This document shows, piece after piece, positions 39,464-49,613 of a DNA stretch of 64,000 bases. The position numbers and the translations under genes are program-made. The notes beneath the pieces were generated by a model that was given only the letters and a program-made list of their open reading frames with translations, did not search any database and was not told where the DNA came from. The stretch lies in sequence record OR455461.1. The stretch is one strand, 5' to 3'. Numbering within the stretch: the stretch's first letter is position 1; each line of letters opens with the position of its first letter.

Positions 39464-40090
39464 TTATTTAAATCCCCTTTTTATTAATTCATTTTTATAT
39501 TCTTTTTCATTAATTTTATTTATTCTAGTATTTATAATATTCATAAAATTATATAACCTCATATTATTAACTTTATACATTCTTGCATTATTTCCATTAT
39601 CATACCCAATATTATTATTTATAGGTTCGATAATTTCTTTAGAGTTACAATGTGAAATTAATTCAAATACAATATTTCTATTTTCACTTATATCGATAAT
39701 TAATTCTAGGTTTGAAAATTCTAAATCTAAATTATTAATATCCTCTTTAATTAGATTAAATATATTTTTAGAATTTTCTATATCATGGGTCAACCTATAA
39801 TAATCTCCATATACGTCTTCTCTAAATAAACCTATATTACCTTTTGATATTATATGGTATTTAAATTCTATAATATTTCTTAAACTATTCAATTCAATAG
39901 TGATTGTGTTATATTTAATTATTTTTCTCATTCTATCAGTATAAAATTCATTGAAAAATTGTTCAAATAAAATAATATTTAATTCTTGAGAATCAATACT
40001 ATCTTTATTCTGTTTATATGGTAATTTTAGTGTATCAATATTTTTAAAATTTCTTAACAAACCTCTAAAATCCAACATGAAATAATTCAT
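39464..40090 (-). CDS. Hypothetical protein with C-terminal tag (INEKEYKNELIKRGFK)
   Basis: ORF plus tag. Confidence 0.75.
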   Translation of the reverse strand: MNYFMLDFRGLLRNFKNIDTLKLPYKQNKDSIDSQELNIILFEQFFNEFYTDRMRKIIKYNTITIELNSLRNIIEFKYHIISKGNIGLFREDVYGDYYRLTHDIENSKNIFNLIKEDINNLDLEFSNLELIIDISENRNIVFELISHCNSKEIIEPINNNIGYDNGNNARMYKVNNMRLYNFMNIINTRINKINEKEYKNELIKRGFK

Positions 40091-40133
40091 CTATCATTTT
40101 CATCTCCTTCAAATAAAAAAATTAATTATAATA

Positions 40134-40163
40134 GAGATGATACTTTAATTAAAGTATCATCTC
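40134..40163 (-). terminator. Terminator hairpin
   Basis: GAGATGATACTTT/AAAGTATCATCTC stem. Confidence 0.7.
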
Positions 40164-40171
40164 ATATTTTA

Positions 40172-40486
40172 TTAAATTACATTTTTATAGATAGTTTCAG
40201 GTACAAATTCTTCATCATAATCATGAATAGTTAATAATACACCTTCATGAGAATATTCTAAAGTATACATGTCATTTTCATCATTAACATTAACTACTGA
40301 ATAAGAGAAAATACTTGAATCTTGGTCTAATCCTAATTCTTCAATTAAACCTGATTCAGTTCCATAACCTTCATCTACACCTATTTCATTACTTTCTAGT
40401 ACTTCATACTCTCCGTCTACTTCGCCTCTAAGTTGTAAATCTCTTAATACTTCTTCGTTTAATTTTGTCATAATAAATTCCTCCAT
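40172..40486 (-). CDS. Acidic hypothetical protein
   Basis: GGAGG RBS; follows promoter cassette; likely start at the second Met. Confidence 0.7.
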   Translation of the reverse strand: MEEFIMTKLNEEVLRDLQLRGEVDGEYEVLESNEIGVDEGYGTESGLIEELGLDQDSSIFSYSVVNVNDENDMYTLEYSHEGVLLTIHDYDEEFVPETIYKNVI

Positions 40487-40530
40487 TAATTTTATTAGAA
40501 AGATATATGATAATATCTTTCTTCATTATT

Positions 40531-40543
40531 ATAATATATACTT
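40531..40543 (-). promoter_or_regulatory. Early-type promoter AAGTATATATTAT (other copies at 41772, 46351, 50162, 50856, 51843, 53873, 61054, 62788)
   Basis: Perfect 13-mer, always sense to the next gene and just upstream of it. Confidence 0.7.
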
Positions 40544-40548
40544 AATCT

Positions 40549-40854
40549 TTATTTCGTTTCAAACTTTTCAATGCCTTTTTCTTCAATAACTACATCTGCA
40601 TTTAATACTTGTAAACGTTTACCATCTACATTAATAACAATGTAACTACCGCCTGCTTCATCACTATATTTAGTTCTGATTTTCTTTCCTTCATATTGAT
40701 GTAATACTTTACCATCTTTACTATATATAGTTACTTTTCTTTCTAGACCTGATGTATCTGATTTATGATCTTTAGTAGCATCATCAAACCATGTACAACC
40801 TGCTAACACTGTTGTTAATAATAAAACTCCAAATAACATTAAAATCTTTTTCAT
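40549..40854 (-). CDS. Phage lipoprotein (DUF5052-like)
   Basis: Lipobox VLAGC; GLERKVTIYSKDGK...YEGK pattern. Confidence 0.7.
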   Translation of the reverse strand: MKKILMLFGVLLLTTVLAGCTWFDDATKDHKSDTSGLERKVTIYSKDGKVLHQYEGKKIRTKYSDEAGGSYIVINVDGKRLQVLNADVVIEEKGIEKFETK

Positions 40855-40871
40855 AATTTATTTTCTCCATT

Positions 40872-41357
40872 CTATTCTAGATAATATATTCCTTCACTAA
40901 TATCAATTCCATGCTTTTTTAAATCAGAAGATTTGACTAAATTATTTTTACATACTAATTGTCCATCAAATCTATTTGTAATAATTCCTTTATTATTTAC
41001 TTTTTTAGCAATTGCATGATCTGAAATTCTAATGAATTTAAAATTATTATTTTTTACATATATTGATATAGACCTTTTATTACCGGAAAAATTAGTTATA
41101 TAACCACTTCTAACTAATTCATTTGTTAAACTTCCTTTTACATTACCTAATTCTAAAATACTTTCATTTGTTTTAGAATTAATAAATTTCTTCTTAATAT
41201 CTTCCCCTAACATCACATGGTCATTAATCTCTTTTACTATAGGCATCGTATTAAAGTTGTTCTTCTGTGAGTAGTCTAGAAGAAAGAATAATAAATCTTC
41301 AATTCCTTCTTCTGTGACTGGAAAGACCTCCTTATTTTTATTCTCTAAATACTTCAT
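40872..41357 (-). CDS. Hypothetical protein (IRISDH motif)
   Basis: ORF with RBS. Confidence 0.7.
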   Translation of the reverse strand: MKYLENKNKEVFPVTEEGIEDLLFFLLDYSQKNNFNTMPIVKEINDHVMLGEDIKKKFINSKTNESILELGNVKGSLTNELVRSGYITNFSGNKRSISIYVKNNNFKFIRISDHAIAKKVNNKGIITNRFDGQLVCKNNLVKSSDLKKHGIDISEGIYYLE

Positions 41358-41384
41358 CCGTTTAATCTCCTTTAATTATATTAT

Positions 41385-41717
41385 TTATACAAAACTATTT
41401 AATTCTTTCATATGATAACTTCCTAACTCTAATTTAAGATGGAAATTCTCTATCATTTTATAATTTAAACCATGTTCTTCTAATAATTCTACATTGATAG
41501 TTTCTTCATCAATTTCTAATATTTCTTTTAATGTAAATATATCTGAAGATACTACTGTTAGAGAATCTGCTAAATTATCAAGATCTTTTTCTCTAGAATC
41601 ATCTATATTATAGACGAAACTTTCTTCCATTAAATGCTTGCAATTAGATATAACAATTAAGTCTCCTACAATTTTATCATAAATTCTATCTATAACTTTT
41701 TTACTATCTTTTAACAT
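41385..41717 (-). CDS. Hypothetical protein
   Basis: ORF with AGGAG RBS. Confidence 0.7.
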   Translation of the reverse strand: MLKDSKKVIDRIYDKIVGDLIVISNCKHLMEESFVYNIDDSREKDLDNLADSLTVVSSDIFTLKEILEIDEETINVELLEEHGLNYKMIENFHLKLELGSYHMKELNSFV

Positions 41718-41788
41718 TATCCATTCACTCCTATTATTTTAATTGATATGAAGTTTATCAACTTCATTTATATAATATATACTTATAA

Positions 41789-42259
41789 TTAATTTAAATA
41801 GATATTTTTATTGTAACTATCCTTACCTAATTTATTACTTATATTAATATCAAATATTAAATCTCCAGTTACAGATTTATCTTTACTATTAATACTTTTT
41901 ACTAACATCATTGTAATTGAATTATTGTAAGTTAAAGTTTCTATAGTTGTATATATTTTAATATCTTTACTTATATCATCTTTTTTAATATTCCTTACTA
42001 ATTTTAAATCTCCATTGTCTATTAAAGTACCCACTTCTGTATCTAATAGTTCAATAATGCAATCAATAAAATCTTCTGCTTTATGAAACAGATTGTGTTT
42101 TTCATTAAGAATATAAGTTCTATTTGGTTTAACTTCAGTTTCTTTATTAATTGTATTTAATGATTTGTATATGAAATTATTAATATAATTTTGTGTAACT
42201 TCAACTGGTAATTTTAAATTATTATTTATTAATTTGTCTATATTCTTTTTATTCTTCAT
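41789..42259 (-). CDS. Hypothetical protein
   Basis: ORF coupled to upstream gene. Confidence 0.65.
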   Translation of the reverse strand: MKNKKNIDKLINNNLKLPVEVTQNYINNFIYKSLNTINKETEVKPNRTYILNEKHNLFHKAEDFIDCIIELLDTEVGTLIDNGDLKLVRNIKKDDISKDIKIYTTIETLTYNNSITMMLVKSINSKDKSVTGDLIFDINISNKLGKDSYNKNIYLN

Positions 42260-42711
42260 TATACAAAATTATCCTTTACTAAATTATTTTTATACTCTTT
42301 CTCTGTTATATCTTTTAAATTAAAATCCATTGAATTATGATATTCTTCATTGAGATTATTTTTAATAATTAATAGTACTTTGTCTATTATTTTTATTAAT
42401 CCTTCTTCATCTTCTGGAATAAGTATCGTATCATCATAATATTGTTCATATTCAAATTCATTTTTTAATTTACTTATAATTAAATTATTATCATCTTTAA
42501 CTATTAAACCATCATCTTCTTCACCATAAAAGAAAAATATAGTATTTTCAGATAAATTTTCGATACCAAAAGATATTTCACTGGATAGTTTTAATCCAAA
42601 ACTATTCACCTTAAATATTTCACTTTTTATTAATTCATCAAAGACTATTTCTTTACTTTTACCTTGAAAATAACATTCTTTTCCTCTTAAAATTGTTTTA
42701 AAGTATTCCAT
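42259..42711 (-). CDS. Hypothetical protein with C-terminal tag (ITEKEYKNNLVKDNFV)
   Basis: ORF plus tag. Confidence 0.75.
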   Translation of the reverse strand: MEYFKTILRGKECYFQGKSKEIVFDELIKSEIFKVNSFGLKLSSEISFGIENLSENTIFFFYGEEDDGLIVKDDNNLIISKLKNEFEYEQYYDDTILIPEDEEGLIKIIDKVLLIIKNNLNEEYHNSMDFNLKDITEKEYKNNLVKDNFV

Positions 42712-42723
42712 ATTGAGATCTCC

Positions 42724-43188
42724 TTAAATTTCATTAATAATATTAGCTAAATATTCATTGTGATTTAATTCTATACGTCTAGATTCATCTACATTATTTT
42801 CTATATCATCTATAAAGCTATCGAAAAGATTATCAAGTAATTCAATAAATTTCTCATCAGAACCTCTTTCTTTATATCTATTTAGATAAATTTCTTTGTC
42901 AGATCGTTTAGGATAAACCACTACAAATTCTAAACCACTATCATTTAATCCTTGAATAACTTCTTTATGAGTAGATACAAAGATATAATCCATTACATTC
43001 TTAAAGTATAAGTCTCTAATGTAAGTTAAATAATTCTTTGGAAATCTAGGATCTCTAACTTTTTCTCCATCTTTTACTAACCATGAGAAGCTAGTTGAAT
43101 CTGAATCGGATGTTCTTAAGAATGTGATATTATTTTTAATATAAGATTTACCTGTACCTGGAAATGCTGCGATTATTTTAGTATTCAT
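42724..43188 (-). CDS. P-loop nucleotide kinase-like protein
   Basis: IIAAFPGTGKS Walker A. Confidence 0.75.
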   Translation of the reverse strand: MNTKIIAAFPGTGKSYIKNNITFLRTSDSDSTSFSWLVKDGEKVRDPRFPKNYLTYIRDLYFKNVMDYIFVSTHKEVIQGLNDSGLEFVVVYPKRSDKEIYLNRYKERGSDEKFIELLDNLFDSFIDDIENNVDESRRIELNHNEYLANIINEI

Positions 43189-43799
43189 TTTTTAATTTCT
43201 CCTTTAATATTTAAGTTAAAGTAATCCTGAAATTCTTTTATATTATTATCAATTTCTTTATATTCTCTTGATTCTAATTTACTACTTTCATATTTGAGAA
43301 ATTCTCCATAAGTAAGTAATCTATTAGTATCAATACTGTTCTTCCAATGTTTTCTTTTCTTTCTTTCTTCAAGTTTTACTATTTTAGTAGCATCTATAAA
43401 TGATTCTCCTAGTAAAATTCCTGTTAAGTTTTTTATATTATAATACTCTATATACCAGTTTTTTTCATTTTTAAAATTATTAAAAGCTTCTTTAAAAATC
43501 TCATTATTCCCATTTAATTCAATATACCATAGAGAATAATATTTACCCTTAATTTTATATGATTGATTTAAAGCTCTATATTCTTTCATAATATTATTAT
43601 TAAAGAATATTATAGAGATAATTATCATTGGTATAAATATTAATAAAGATAATAATGCTAATTTAGTATTAATTGACGATATAAAAATAAATAATGTTAT
43701 CAGTACTGAAAATAAAATTGCATTAAATAAAAAAGGAAATATTGTTGAATTTCCATTTTTATAGATGCACCAATCAAATAGGTTTATTTTATTTTTCAT
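43185..43799 (-). CDS. Membrane protein, tandem paralogue 1 of 3
   Basis: NLFDW, two TM segments, NRLLTY.EFLKY. Confidence 0.75.
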   Translation of the reverse strand: MKNKINLFDWCIYKNGNSTIFPFLFNAILFSVLITLFIFISSINTKLALLSLLIFIPMIIISIIFFNNNIMKEYRALNQSYKIKGKYYSLWYIELNGNNEIFKEAFNNFKNEKNWYIEYYNIKNLTGILLGESFIDATKIVKLEERKKRKHWKNSIDTNRLLTYGEFLKYESSKLESREYKEIDNNIKEFQDYFNLNIKGEIKK

Positions 43800-43806
43800 T
43801 TTATTA

Positions 43807-44424
43807 TCATTCCCCTTTAGTGTTTAAATTATAGTAATCTTGAAATTCTTTTATTTCTCGTTCCATATCATTTAATTTTTCAATTTTAAGTTTATTCTTT
43901 TTATATTTAAGGAATTCTCTATAAGTGAGTAATCTATTAGTATCAATATTGTTCTTCCAATGTTCTCTATTTTCTCTGACTGCATATTCCACTATTTTAG
44001 TATCTTTTATAAAGAATCCTTCTAGTAAAATTCCTGATAAGTTTTTTATATTATGATCCTCTATATACCAGTTTTTTTCATTTTTAAAATTATTAAAAGC
44101 TTCTTTAAATAACTCATTATTTTCATTTAAACTAATATACCATAGAGAATAATATTTACCTTTGATTTTATATGATTGATTTAAAGCTGTATATTCTTCC
44201 GAATTTTCATCATTTATACACTTAATCATTTTACGTGATATTATAAATATTATTAAAGATATTAAAGGTGAAAATAGAATTACACTTATATTAAAACTAA
44301 ATATAGAAATTATAGGTATAACTATTGCTAAAGATGTTAATAAAATATCTAAGTATTCGACTATTTTGAAAATCTCATTTCTTGTATATAAATTCCAATC
44401 AAATCTATTTACTGTATTTTTCAT
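43807..44424 (-). CDS. Membrane protein, tandem paralogue 2 of 3
   Basis: C-terminal half nearly identical to paralogue 1. Confidence 0.75.
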   Translation of the reverse strand: MKNTVNRFDWNLYTRNEIFKIVEYLDILLTSLAIVIPIISIFSFNISVILFSPLISLIIFIISRKMIKCINDENSEEYTALNQSYKIKGKYYSLWYISLNENNELFKEAFNNFKNEKNWYIEDHNIKNLSGILLEGFFIKDTKIVEYAVRENREHWKNNIDTNRLLTYREFLKYKKNKLKIEKLNDMEREIKEFQDYYNLNTKGE

Positions 44425-44974
44425 TTAGTGTATCACCTCTTATTTTTAAATTAAGATGTTCTTTAAATTCTTTTATATACTTATCCAACTTAATATTTTC
44501 TTCTAATTTTAACATATTCTTTCTATATTTAATAAATTCTCTATAAGTTAGTAATCTATTTTTACCTGTATTATTTTTCCAGTTATATCTATCCAATTCC
44601 CTTAAATTAAATTTACTAATATTGAAAATAATTTTATTCAATTCGTGAAGTTCTTTTTCAGTTTCAATAACTCCTGTCATGTTAAAAAACCATCTAGAGT
44701 AATAATTTCCTTTTATTTCATAAGAAAAATTTATAAATTTGTATTCTGACATAATCTCATCATTAAAATATTTCAAGTATATAAATGTAGAAATTATTAA
44801 TATAGGGATAAAAATTGATAAAGATAATAAAAATAGATTGATACTATATAGTAAAGATAAAAAGGATATTAAAATTGACAAAATAAATATTGATGTGAAA
44901 CATCTGAAGGGGATTATTGCATCTTTACCTTTTCTATAAATATGCCAATCAAATAGATTCACTGTTTTTCTCAT
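44405..44974 (-). CDS. Membrane protein, tandem paralogue 3 of 3 (start revised to MRKTVNLFDW)
   Basis: Alignment with paralogues; AGGTGAG RBS before 44974. Confidence 0.7.
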   Translation of the reverse strand: MRKTVNLFDWHIYRKGKDAIIPFRCFTSIFILSILISFLSLLYSINLFLLSLSIFIPILIISTFIYLKYFNDEIMSEYKFINFSYEIKGNYYSRWFFNMTGVIETEKELHELNKIIFNISKFNLRELDRYNWKNNTGKNRLLTYREFIKYRKNMLKLEENIKLDKYIKEFKEHLNLKIRGDTLNEKYSK

Positions 44975-44981
44975 TTTATTA

Positions 44982-45176
44982 TCACTCACCTTTCTTTTTT
45001 CTATAAAATGTTCTTCCATGCATTGTTTCGTAGTATTTAATAATATTAGTAATGCATCCCCTACTCACATTAAATCTTTTTGCAAATTGATCTAATGTTT
45101 TCCAATTATTATGAACTATATATTGCATTATTTCTTTTCTTTCTTTAGGTGTGAATTTATAATTTCTTCCAGACAT
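44982..45176 (-). CDS. Small helix-turn-helix DNA-binding protein
   Basis: TLDQFAKRFNVSRGCITNII. Confidence 0.7.
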   Translation of the reverse strand: MSGRNYKFTPKERKEIMQYIVHNNWKTLDQFAKRFNVSRGCITNIIKYYETMHGRTFYRKKKGE

Positions 45177-45191
45177 AATTAAACTTCTCCT

Positions 45192-45698
45192 TTAATAAGC
45201 AATATATAATTTCTTAGCCTGTTTATTACTGATATTGTATTTATCTTTGAGTCTATTAACTTCATCCATTAATAAATTAATCGTATCCATATCAAGATCA
45301 TGGCCCTTCTTATTTACTTTCTTAAAATATTCAAATTCAATAACAGATTTAATAATTTCACAAGCTCTTTCATCATCAGCTTTCTTAATCATGAAAGTCT
45401 CTAACATATCTTGAATGTCTTCATTAAGCGTATACTTGATTTCTTTTTCATTATTAACTTTAAAAATTAATTTTATTTTCAATGAAGGATCATAGAATTT
45501 TTCTATTTCTTTAAATTCAGCTGTATTATTTTCAAACTCCCATCCAGATAATAGATTATCTTTTAAAAATCTTAAATTGATTACTAGATCTTGATTTAAC
45601 ACTTTTAACATCGCCTCTTCCATATATTTTGTTTTCATTAATTCGTTATTAATAATATCTTGGTTAATTTCAATATCTTTATTTTTTAACATATCCAT
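45192..45698 (-). CDS. Hypothetical protein
   Basis: ORF with AGGAG RBS. Confidence 0.7.
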   Translation of the reverse strand: MDMLKNKDIEINQDIINNELMKTKYMEEAMLKVLNQDLVINLRFLKDNLLSGWEFENNTAEFKEIEKFYDPSLKIKLIFKVNNEKEIKYTLNEDIQDMLETFMIKKADDERACEIIKSVIEFEYFKKVNKKGHDLDMDTINLLMDEVNRLKDKYNISNKQAKKLYIAY

Positions 45699-45725
45699 TT
45701 CAACTCCTGATTAAGTAATTAAATA

Positions 45726-45758
45726 ATCCCAATGAGAATAATACATCTCATTGGGATA
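45726..45758 (-). terminator. Terminator hairpin
   Basis: ATCCCAATGAGA/TCTCATTGGGAT stem. Confidence 0.75.
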
Positions 45759-45764
45759 TTATAT

Positions 45765-46295
45765 TTATAATTTTTTATATTCCTTAAATAATTCATCTAA
45801 TTCATTATCTTTATATTCACTTACTCTTTCTTTTAAGTTCTTTTCTTTATTTAATTTCTCCATTCTTATTTTCATTAATTTTTCTAATTTTTCTTTTTTG
45901 TTATCTTTAGAAATATATTCAACATGTGTTGTTAATTCATTATCAAAGAATGTTATAATATTTTTATATTCAAAAGATTCACCTTCTTGATTAATTCTTT
46001 GATCTAAATCGTCTACAGAGTTTACATATTCTGATTGTATAAATTCTTCTTCATCCATAATTTTTAATACTTTAACAGCTTTAACTGAACTTGCAAATTT
46101 TTCTAAATCTTCTTTATAAACTCCCTCACCATTTAAATTAACTTCACTTAAATTTAAATTAGAAACCAATGCATATTTATGGAAATAAGAATTTTCTTTT
46201 TCTAATAAATATTCTGGTATTTTATAAATATACTCTCTTCCTTTAAACTCTTTTTGACTTTGAAATTGTACTACTCCATAATAGTTATTTTCCAT
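45765..46295 (-). CDS. Hypothetical protein
   Basis: ORF downstream of early promoter 46351. Confidence 0.7.
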   Translation of the reverse strand: MENNYYGVVQFQSQKEFKGREYIYKIPEYLLEKENSYFHKYALVSNLNLSEVNLNGEGVYKEDLEKFASSVKAVKVLKIMDEEEFIQSEYVNSVDDLDQRINQEGESFEYKNIITFFDNELTTHVEYISKDNKKEKLEKLMKIRMEKLNKEKNLKERVSEYKDNELDELFKEYKKL

Positions 46296-46361
46296 GATAA
46301 AAACTCCTTTAATTTTTTTTGAGTAATATCAATTAATATTACTCATTTTTATAATATATAT

Positions 46362-47033
46362 TTAAATTTGAGATAATAGAAAGTATATAGTTAATAATCC
46401 CATTATAATATGAAAATAGAATAATTTTTTATTTATTCTTTCTTCATATACTTTAAATATTATGCTATCTAAATACTTTTCTAAGTCCTTATTATCTTTA
46501 AAATTTTCTATAAGTTCTTCAAATTTAATTATATTTCCATCTTTATCTTTCATTTCTAAATTACTAAATACATATTTCTTATTTTCAAAACTTAAATTTC
46601 CATCACTTTCTTTTATTAATTCATATTGAAATAATGTATGTCTTATCATAGGTATTAGACTCATTATAATTATAATGAATATACCCATATAAGTAATATC
46701 AGTTATCTCATAGTTTGCATTCACTATATATAAAGAGTAAAATATTATTGTATAAATAATTACATCATACCCTTTCAAAATTTTTCTTATAATTATATTT
46801 ATTATAAGTATTATAAAGAAATAATATACGATATATGATTCAACTACTTCATGGTTAAATACAAGTGAAACTATTGGAAATACTAAGCATGATAATGTTA
46901 ATACAGTTGGTAAAAACTTCTTATCTAATTTTTCTTTATATGCTGCTATAAGAATTTTAAATAAAGAAAAATAAGTAATGTATACCATTATTACAGTTAA
47001 AATTGTTACTATGATTTCTTCCACTTTATACAC
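46362..47033 (-). CDS. Multi-pass membrane protein
   Basis: Five to six hydrophobic segments. Confidence 0.7.
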   Translation of the reverse strand: MYKVEEIIVTILTVIMVYITYFSLFKILIAAYKEKLDKKFLPTVLTLSCLVFPIVSLVFNHEVVESYIVYYFFIILIINIIIRKILKGYDVIIYTIIFYSLYIVNANYEITDITYMGIFIIIIMSLIPMIRHTLFQYELIKESDGNLSFENKKYVFSNLEMKDKDGNIIKFEELIENFKDNKDLEKYLDSIIFKVYEERINKKLFYFHIIMGLLTIYFLLSQI

Positions 47034-47062
47034 TTCTTTCTTGTAAAAAAATAATTAATGAA

Positions 47063-47092
47063 GATCATGGATCTATGAAAAGATCCATGATC
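47063..47092 (-). terminator. Terminator hairpin
   Basis: GATCATGGATCT/AGATCCATGATC stem. Confidence 0.7.
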
Positions 47093-47099
47093 AAATAAT

Positions 47100-47342
47100 T
47101 TAAATGCCTTTTGTTATATTGAGAAATAAGTCTAGATCATCATTGTATTCATCTATAATAACTACTTTGGTTAATTCACTATGATGATTTTTATACACTT
47201 CAATTTCATCAAATTCATTTAATTTAATAAATTTAGGACCTGATGGTACATGTATAATGAAACTATCATATACGCTAGTTAAACCTAAATTTGAAATAAA
47301 TCTATTAAATACTTCTTCTTTTCTAGTTAATGTTTTAATCAT
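47100..47342 (-). CDS. Hypothetical protein
   Basis: ORF with AGGAG RBS. Confidence 0.65.
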   Translation of the reverse strand: MIKTLTRKEEVFNRFISNLGLTSVYDSFIIHVPSGPKFIKLNEFDEIEVYKNHHSELTKVVIIDEYNDDLDLFLNITKGI

Positions 47343-47366
47343 TTTTTTTCTCCTTTATAATTTATA

Positions 47367-47798
47367 TTATTCTTCTTCAAATAATTCTGGGTCTGTTTCT
47401 GGAGTGATTTCTCTTGAAGTGCTTCCTGGTTCACCTGGTGATTTAACTTCACCTTCTGCTGCTAACTCTTCTTCACGACCATTAGCTGAATATACTGGCT
47501 CTTCTGTTGTTTCATTTTGTTGAACTTCATTACTAGTGTCTACATTGTTATTTTCTTCTACATTGTTATTTGTAGTTTGTTGATTATTTTCATTTGTAAC
47601 TTGTTGTTGAGATTCTGTATTTTGCTGTTGTTCTTTTTCTTTCTTATTCTCTTTTTCCTTTTTAACTTCTTTTTGTTCAGTTTGTAATTTTTGTTTTTCT
47701 AATTGTAAATCCTTATAACTTGTATATGCGAATAAAGCTACTACGAATAATGCTGCTACTAATACAATTGCACCTAAACTTATTAATAATTTTTTCAT
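47367..47798 (-). CDS. Signal-anchored acidic surface protein, paralogue 1 of 3
   Basis: MKKLL.. TM helix ..Y..YKDL then E/N/Q/T-rich tail. Confidence 0.75.
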   Translation of the reverse strand: MKKLLISLGAIVLVAALFVVALFAYTSYKDLQLEKQKLQTEQKEVKKEKENKKEKEQQQNTESQQQVTNENNQQTTNNNVEENNNVDTSNEVQQNETTEEPVYSANGREEELAAEGEVKSPGEPGSTSREITPETDPELFEEE

Positions 47799-47825
47799 AA
47801 TAATTTCCTCTTTTCTAATTTATTT

Positions 47826-48299
47826 TTAGTTTGCCCATTCTTTAATGATGTCTGGGTTATTGTTTACTTCTTCTCTGATACTATCTACATATTCATTACC
47901 ACGTTGTGCTTCTACTTTCCCTTCAGTAATAGCTCTGTCGTTTTCATCCATGTAAGTCATATAGTATTCCATTAATTCTTCATCACTCATAGTACCAATA
48001 TCTGTATTAACTTCATTACTAGTGTCTACATTATTATTTTCTTCTTGACTTGGAGTTTCTTCTTGACTTGGAGTTTCTTCTTGAGCTACTTGTTCTTGAT
48101 CGTTATTTGTTTGTGTGTTACTTACTGTTTCTTGATTTTTACTTTCTTCAGAATCTTTTTGATTATTTTCTTGAGATACTTTATTTTGCTCTTCTTGAGT
48201 TTCATTTAGATCTTTATATACTGAATAACCAAATAATACTGTTGCTCCCAATACTGCTAATAATACTAATACACCTAATACACCTAATAATTTTTTCAT
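47826..48299 (-). CDS. Signal-anchored acidic surface protein, paralogue 2 of 3
   Basis: Same N-terminus; QEETPS repeat; NNNVDTSNEV shared with paralogue 1. Confidence 0.75.
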   Translation of the reverse strand: MKKLLGVLGVLVLLAVLGATVLFGYSVYKDLNETQEEQNKVSQENNQKDSEESKNQETVSNTQTNNDQEQVAQEETPSQEETPSQEENNNVDTSNEVNTDIGTMSDEELMEYYMTYMDENDRAITEGKVEAQRGNEYVDSIREEVNNNPDIIKEWAN

Positions 48300-48337
48300 A
48301 ATAATTTTCCTCTTTTCATTTTATTTATTTTATTTAA

Positions 48338-48946
48338 TTAAATACCTTCGCCTGGTTCTGGAATTTCTCCTCTTGATGCTTTTTCATACATCTCTTTTTG
48401 CTTTTCATATTCTTCATCCATGTCTTCTTCTTCATCACCACTATGTTTTTCTTCTTCGCTTAATTCATATTTTTTATGGTTTTCAGGGTTTGCCATCTCA
48501 GGTGAAATTGGTTGGAACTTACCTTCTTCAGTTAATCTATTTAACTCTGGAGTCATTTCATCTGTTGTAGCAATTCCATCTCCATTTTTATCAGCCTTAC
48601 GAATTGCTTCACTTACGATTTCAACGTCATCTTCTTTTGGTTGATCAACGTTATCACTGTTATCTACTTCTTGAGTATCTTCAACGCTAATATTATCCTC
48701 TGTTGAATCTGAACTTTGTTCTGTTTCTAAAGATTGATTCTCTTCGTTGTTTACTTCATTGTTTACTTCGTTGTTTACTTCCTTTTTATTTTTATTAGGT
48801 TTTTCTTTAACTTCTTGTTTTTGTTCTGTTTTTAATTCTTTATCGTTACTTTTTATATTCTTATATTGACTGTATCCAAATAAAACTGTTACACCTAATA
48901 CTGCTAATAATACTATTACACCTAATACACCTAATAATTTTTTCAT
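48338..48946 (-). CDS. Signal-anchored acidic surface protein, paralogue 3 of 3
   Basis: Same N-terminus; NNEV repeats; EF-hand-like DKNGDGIATTDE. Confidence 0.75.
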   Translation of the reverse strand: MKKLLGVLGVIVLLAVLGVTVLFGYSQYKNIKSNDKELKTEQKQEVKEKPNKNKKEVNNEVNNEVNNEENQSLETEQSSDSTEDNISVEDTQEVDNSDNVDQPKEDDVEIVSEAIRKADKNGDGIATTDEMTPELNRLTEEGKFQPISPEMANPENHKKYELSEEEKHSGDEEEDMDEEYEKQKEMYEKASRGEIPEPGEGI

Positions 48947-49017
48947 AATAATTCCACCTTTACCTTTTAATTTTTAATATGTAGAGTGGATCATAGAAAT
49001 AATCTACTCTTTTAAAT

Positions 49018-49128
49018 CTATTTATCTTCATTGTTATTATTGAAGACTTCTTTCATAAATTTGAAACAACCTGTTGCTTTCATGAATACAAGTAACACGA
49101 TGATTGTAATAAAGTTTGCGATTAACAT
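49018..49128 (-). CDS. Small hydrophobic peptide (36 aa), not in ORF track
   Basis: GGAGGTG RBS; MLIANFITIIVLLVFMKATGCFKFMKEVFNNNNEDK. Confidence 0.55.
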   Translation of the reverse strand: MLIANFITIIVLLVFMKATGCFKFMKEVFNNNNEDK

Positions 49129-49158
49129 ATCCGATACACCTCCTTATAGTTTAATTGA

Positions 49159-49356
49159 TTATTTCCAAAAATTTCCTTTTCTAATTTCTCCTACTGTATA
49201 ATTAATTAATAATGATATTGCTGCTAGTACTAATCCAAGTGCTAAAGATTTTCCTTCTACGTATCCAATCATTTCTCCTATGATAAAACCAAGTATAAGA
49301 GTAAACCAAAATAATATCCATGGCTTTAGTTTCAATAATCTTTTTTCTTCATTCAT
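49159..49356 (-). CDS. Small two-TM membrane protein
   Basis: Hydrophobic; similar to neighbour (end INYTVGE vs INYVIGD). Confidence 0.65.
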   Translation of the reverse strand: MNEEKRLLKLKPWILFWFTLILGFIIGEMIGYVEGKSLALGLVLAAISLLINYTVGEIRKGNFWK

Positions 49357-49592
49357 TATCTAAACACATCTCCTTTATCATTATTCACTCTAATATAATA
49401 CACTTTATTACTTTCTTGGATTTTAGATTTTCTTTCATCTCCAATTACATAATTAATTGCTATAGTAATTAATGGTGTTAACATAGAAATTGTAGCTCCT
49501 ACAAAGAAATCATTTGACATTAAACCAATAGTTGAACCTAATATCATACCTACAACTAACGCCCATTCAGTTTTTAATCTTAAAATTTTCAT
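49356..49592 (-). CDS. Small two-TM membrane protein
   Basis: GGAGG RBS, hydrophobic. Confidence 0.65.
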   Translation of the reverse strand: MKILRLKTEWALVVGMILGSTIGLMSNDFFVGATISMLTPLITIAINYVIGDERKSKIQESNKVYYIRVNNDKGDVFR

Positions 49593-49613
49593 AATAATTT
49601 TCCTCCATTTATA

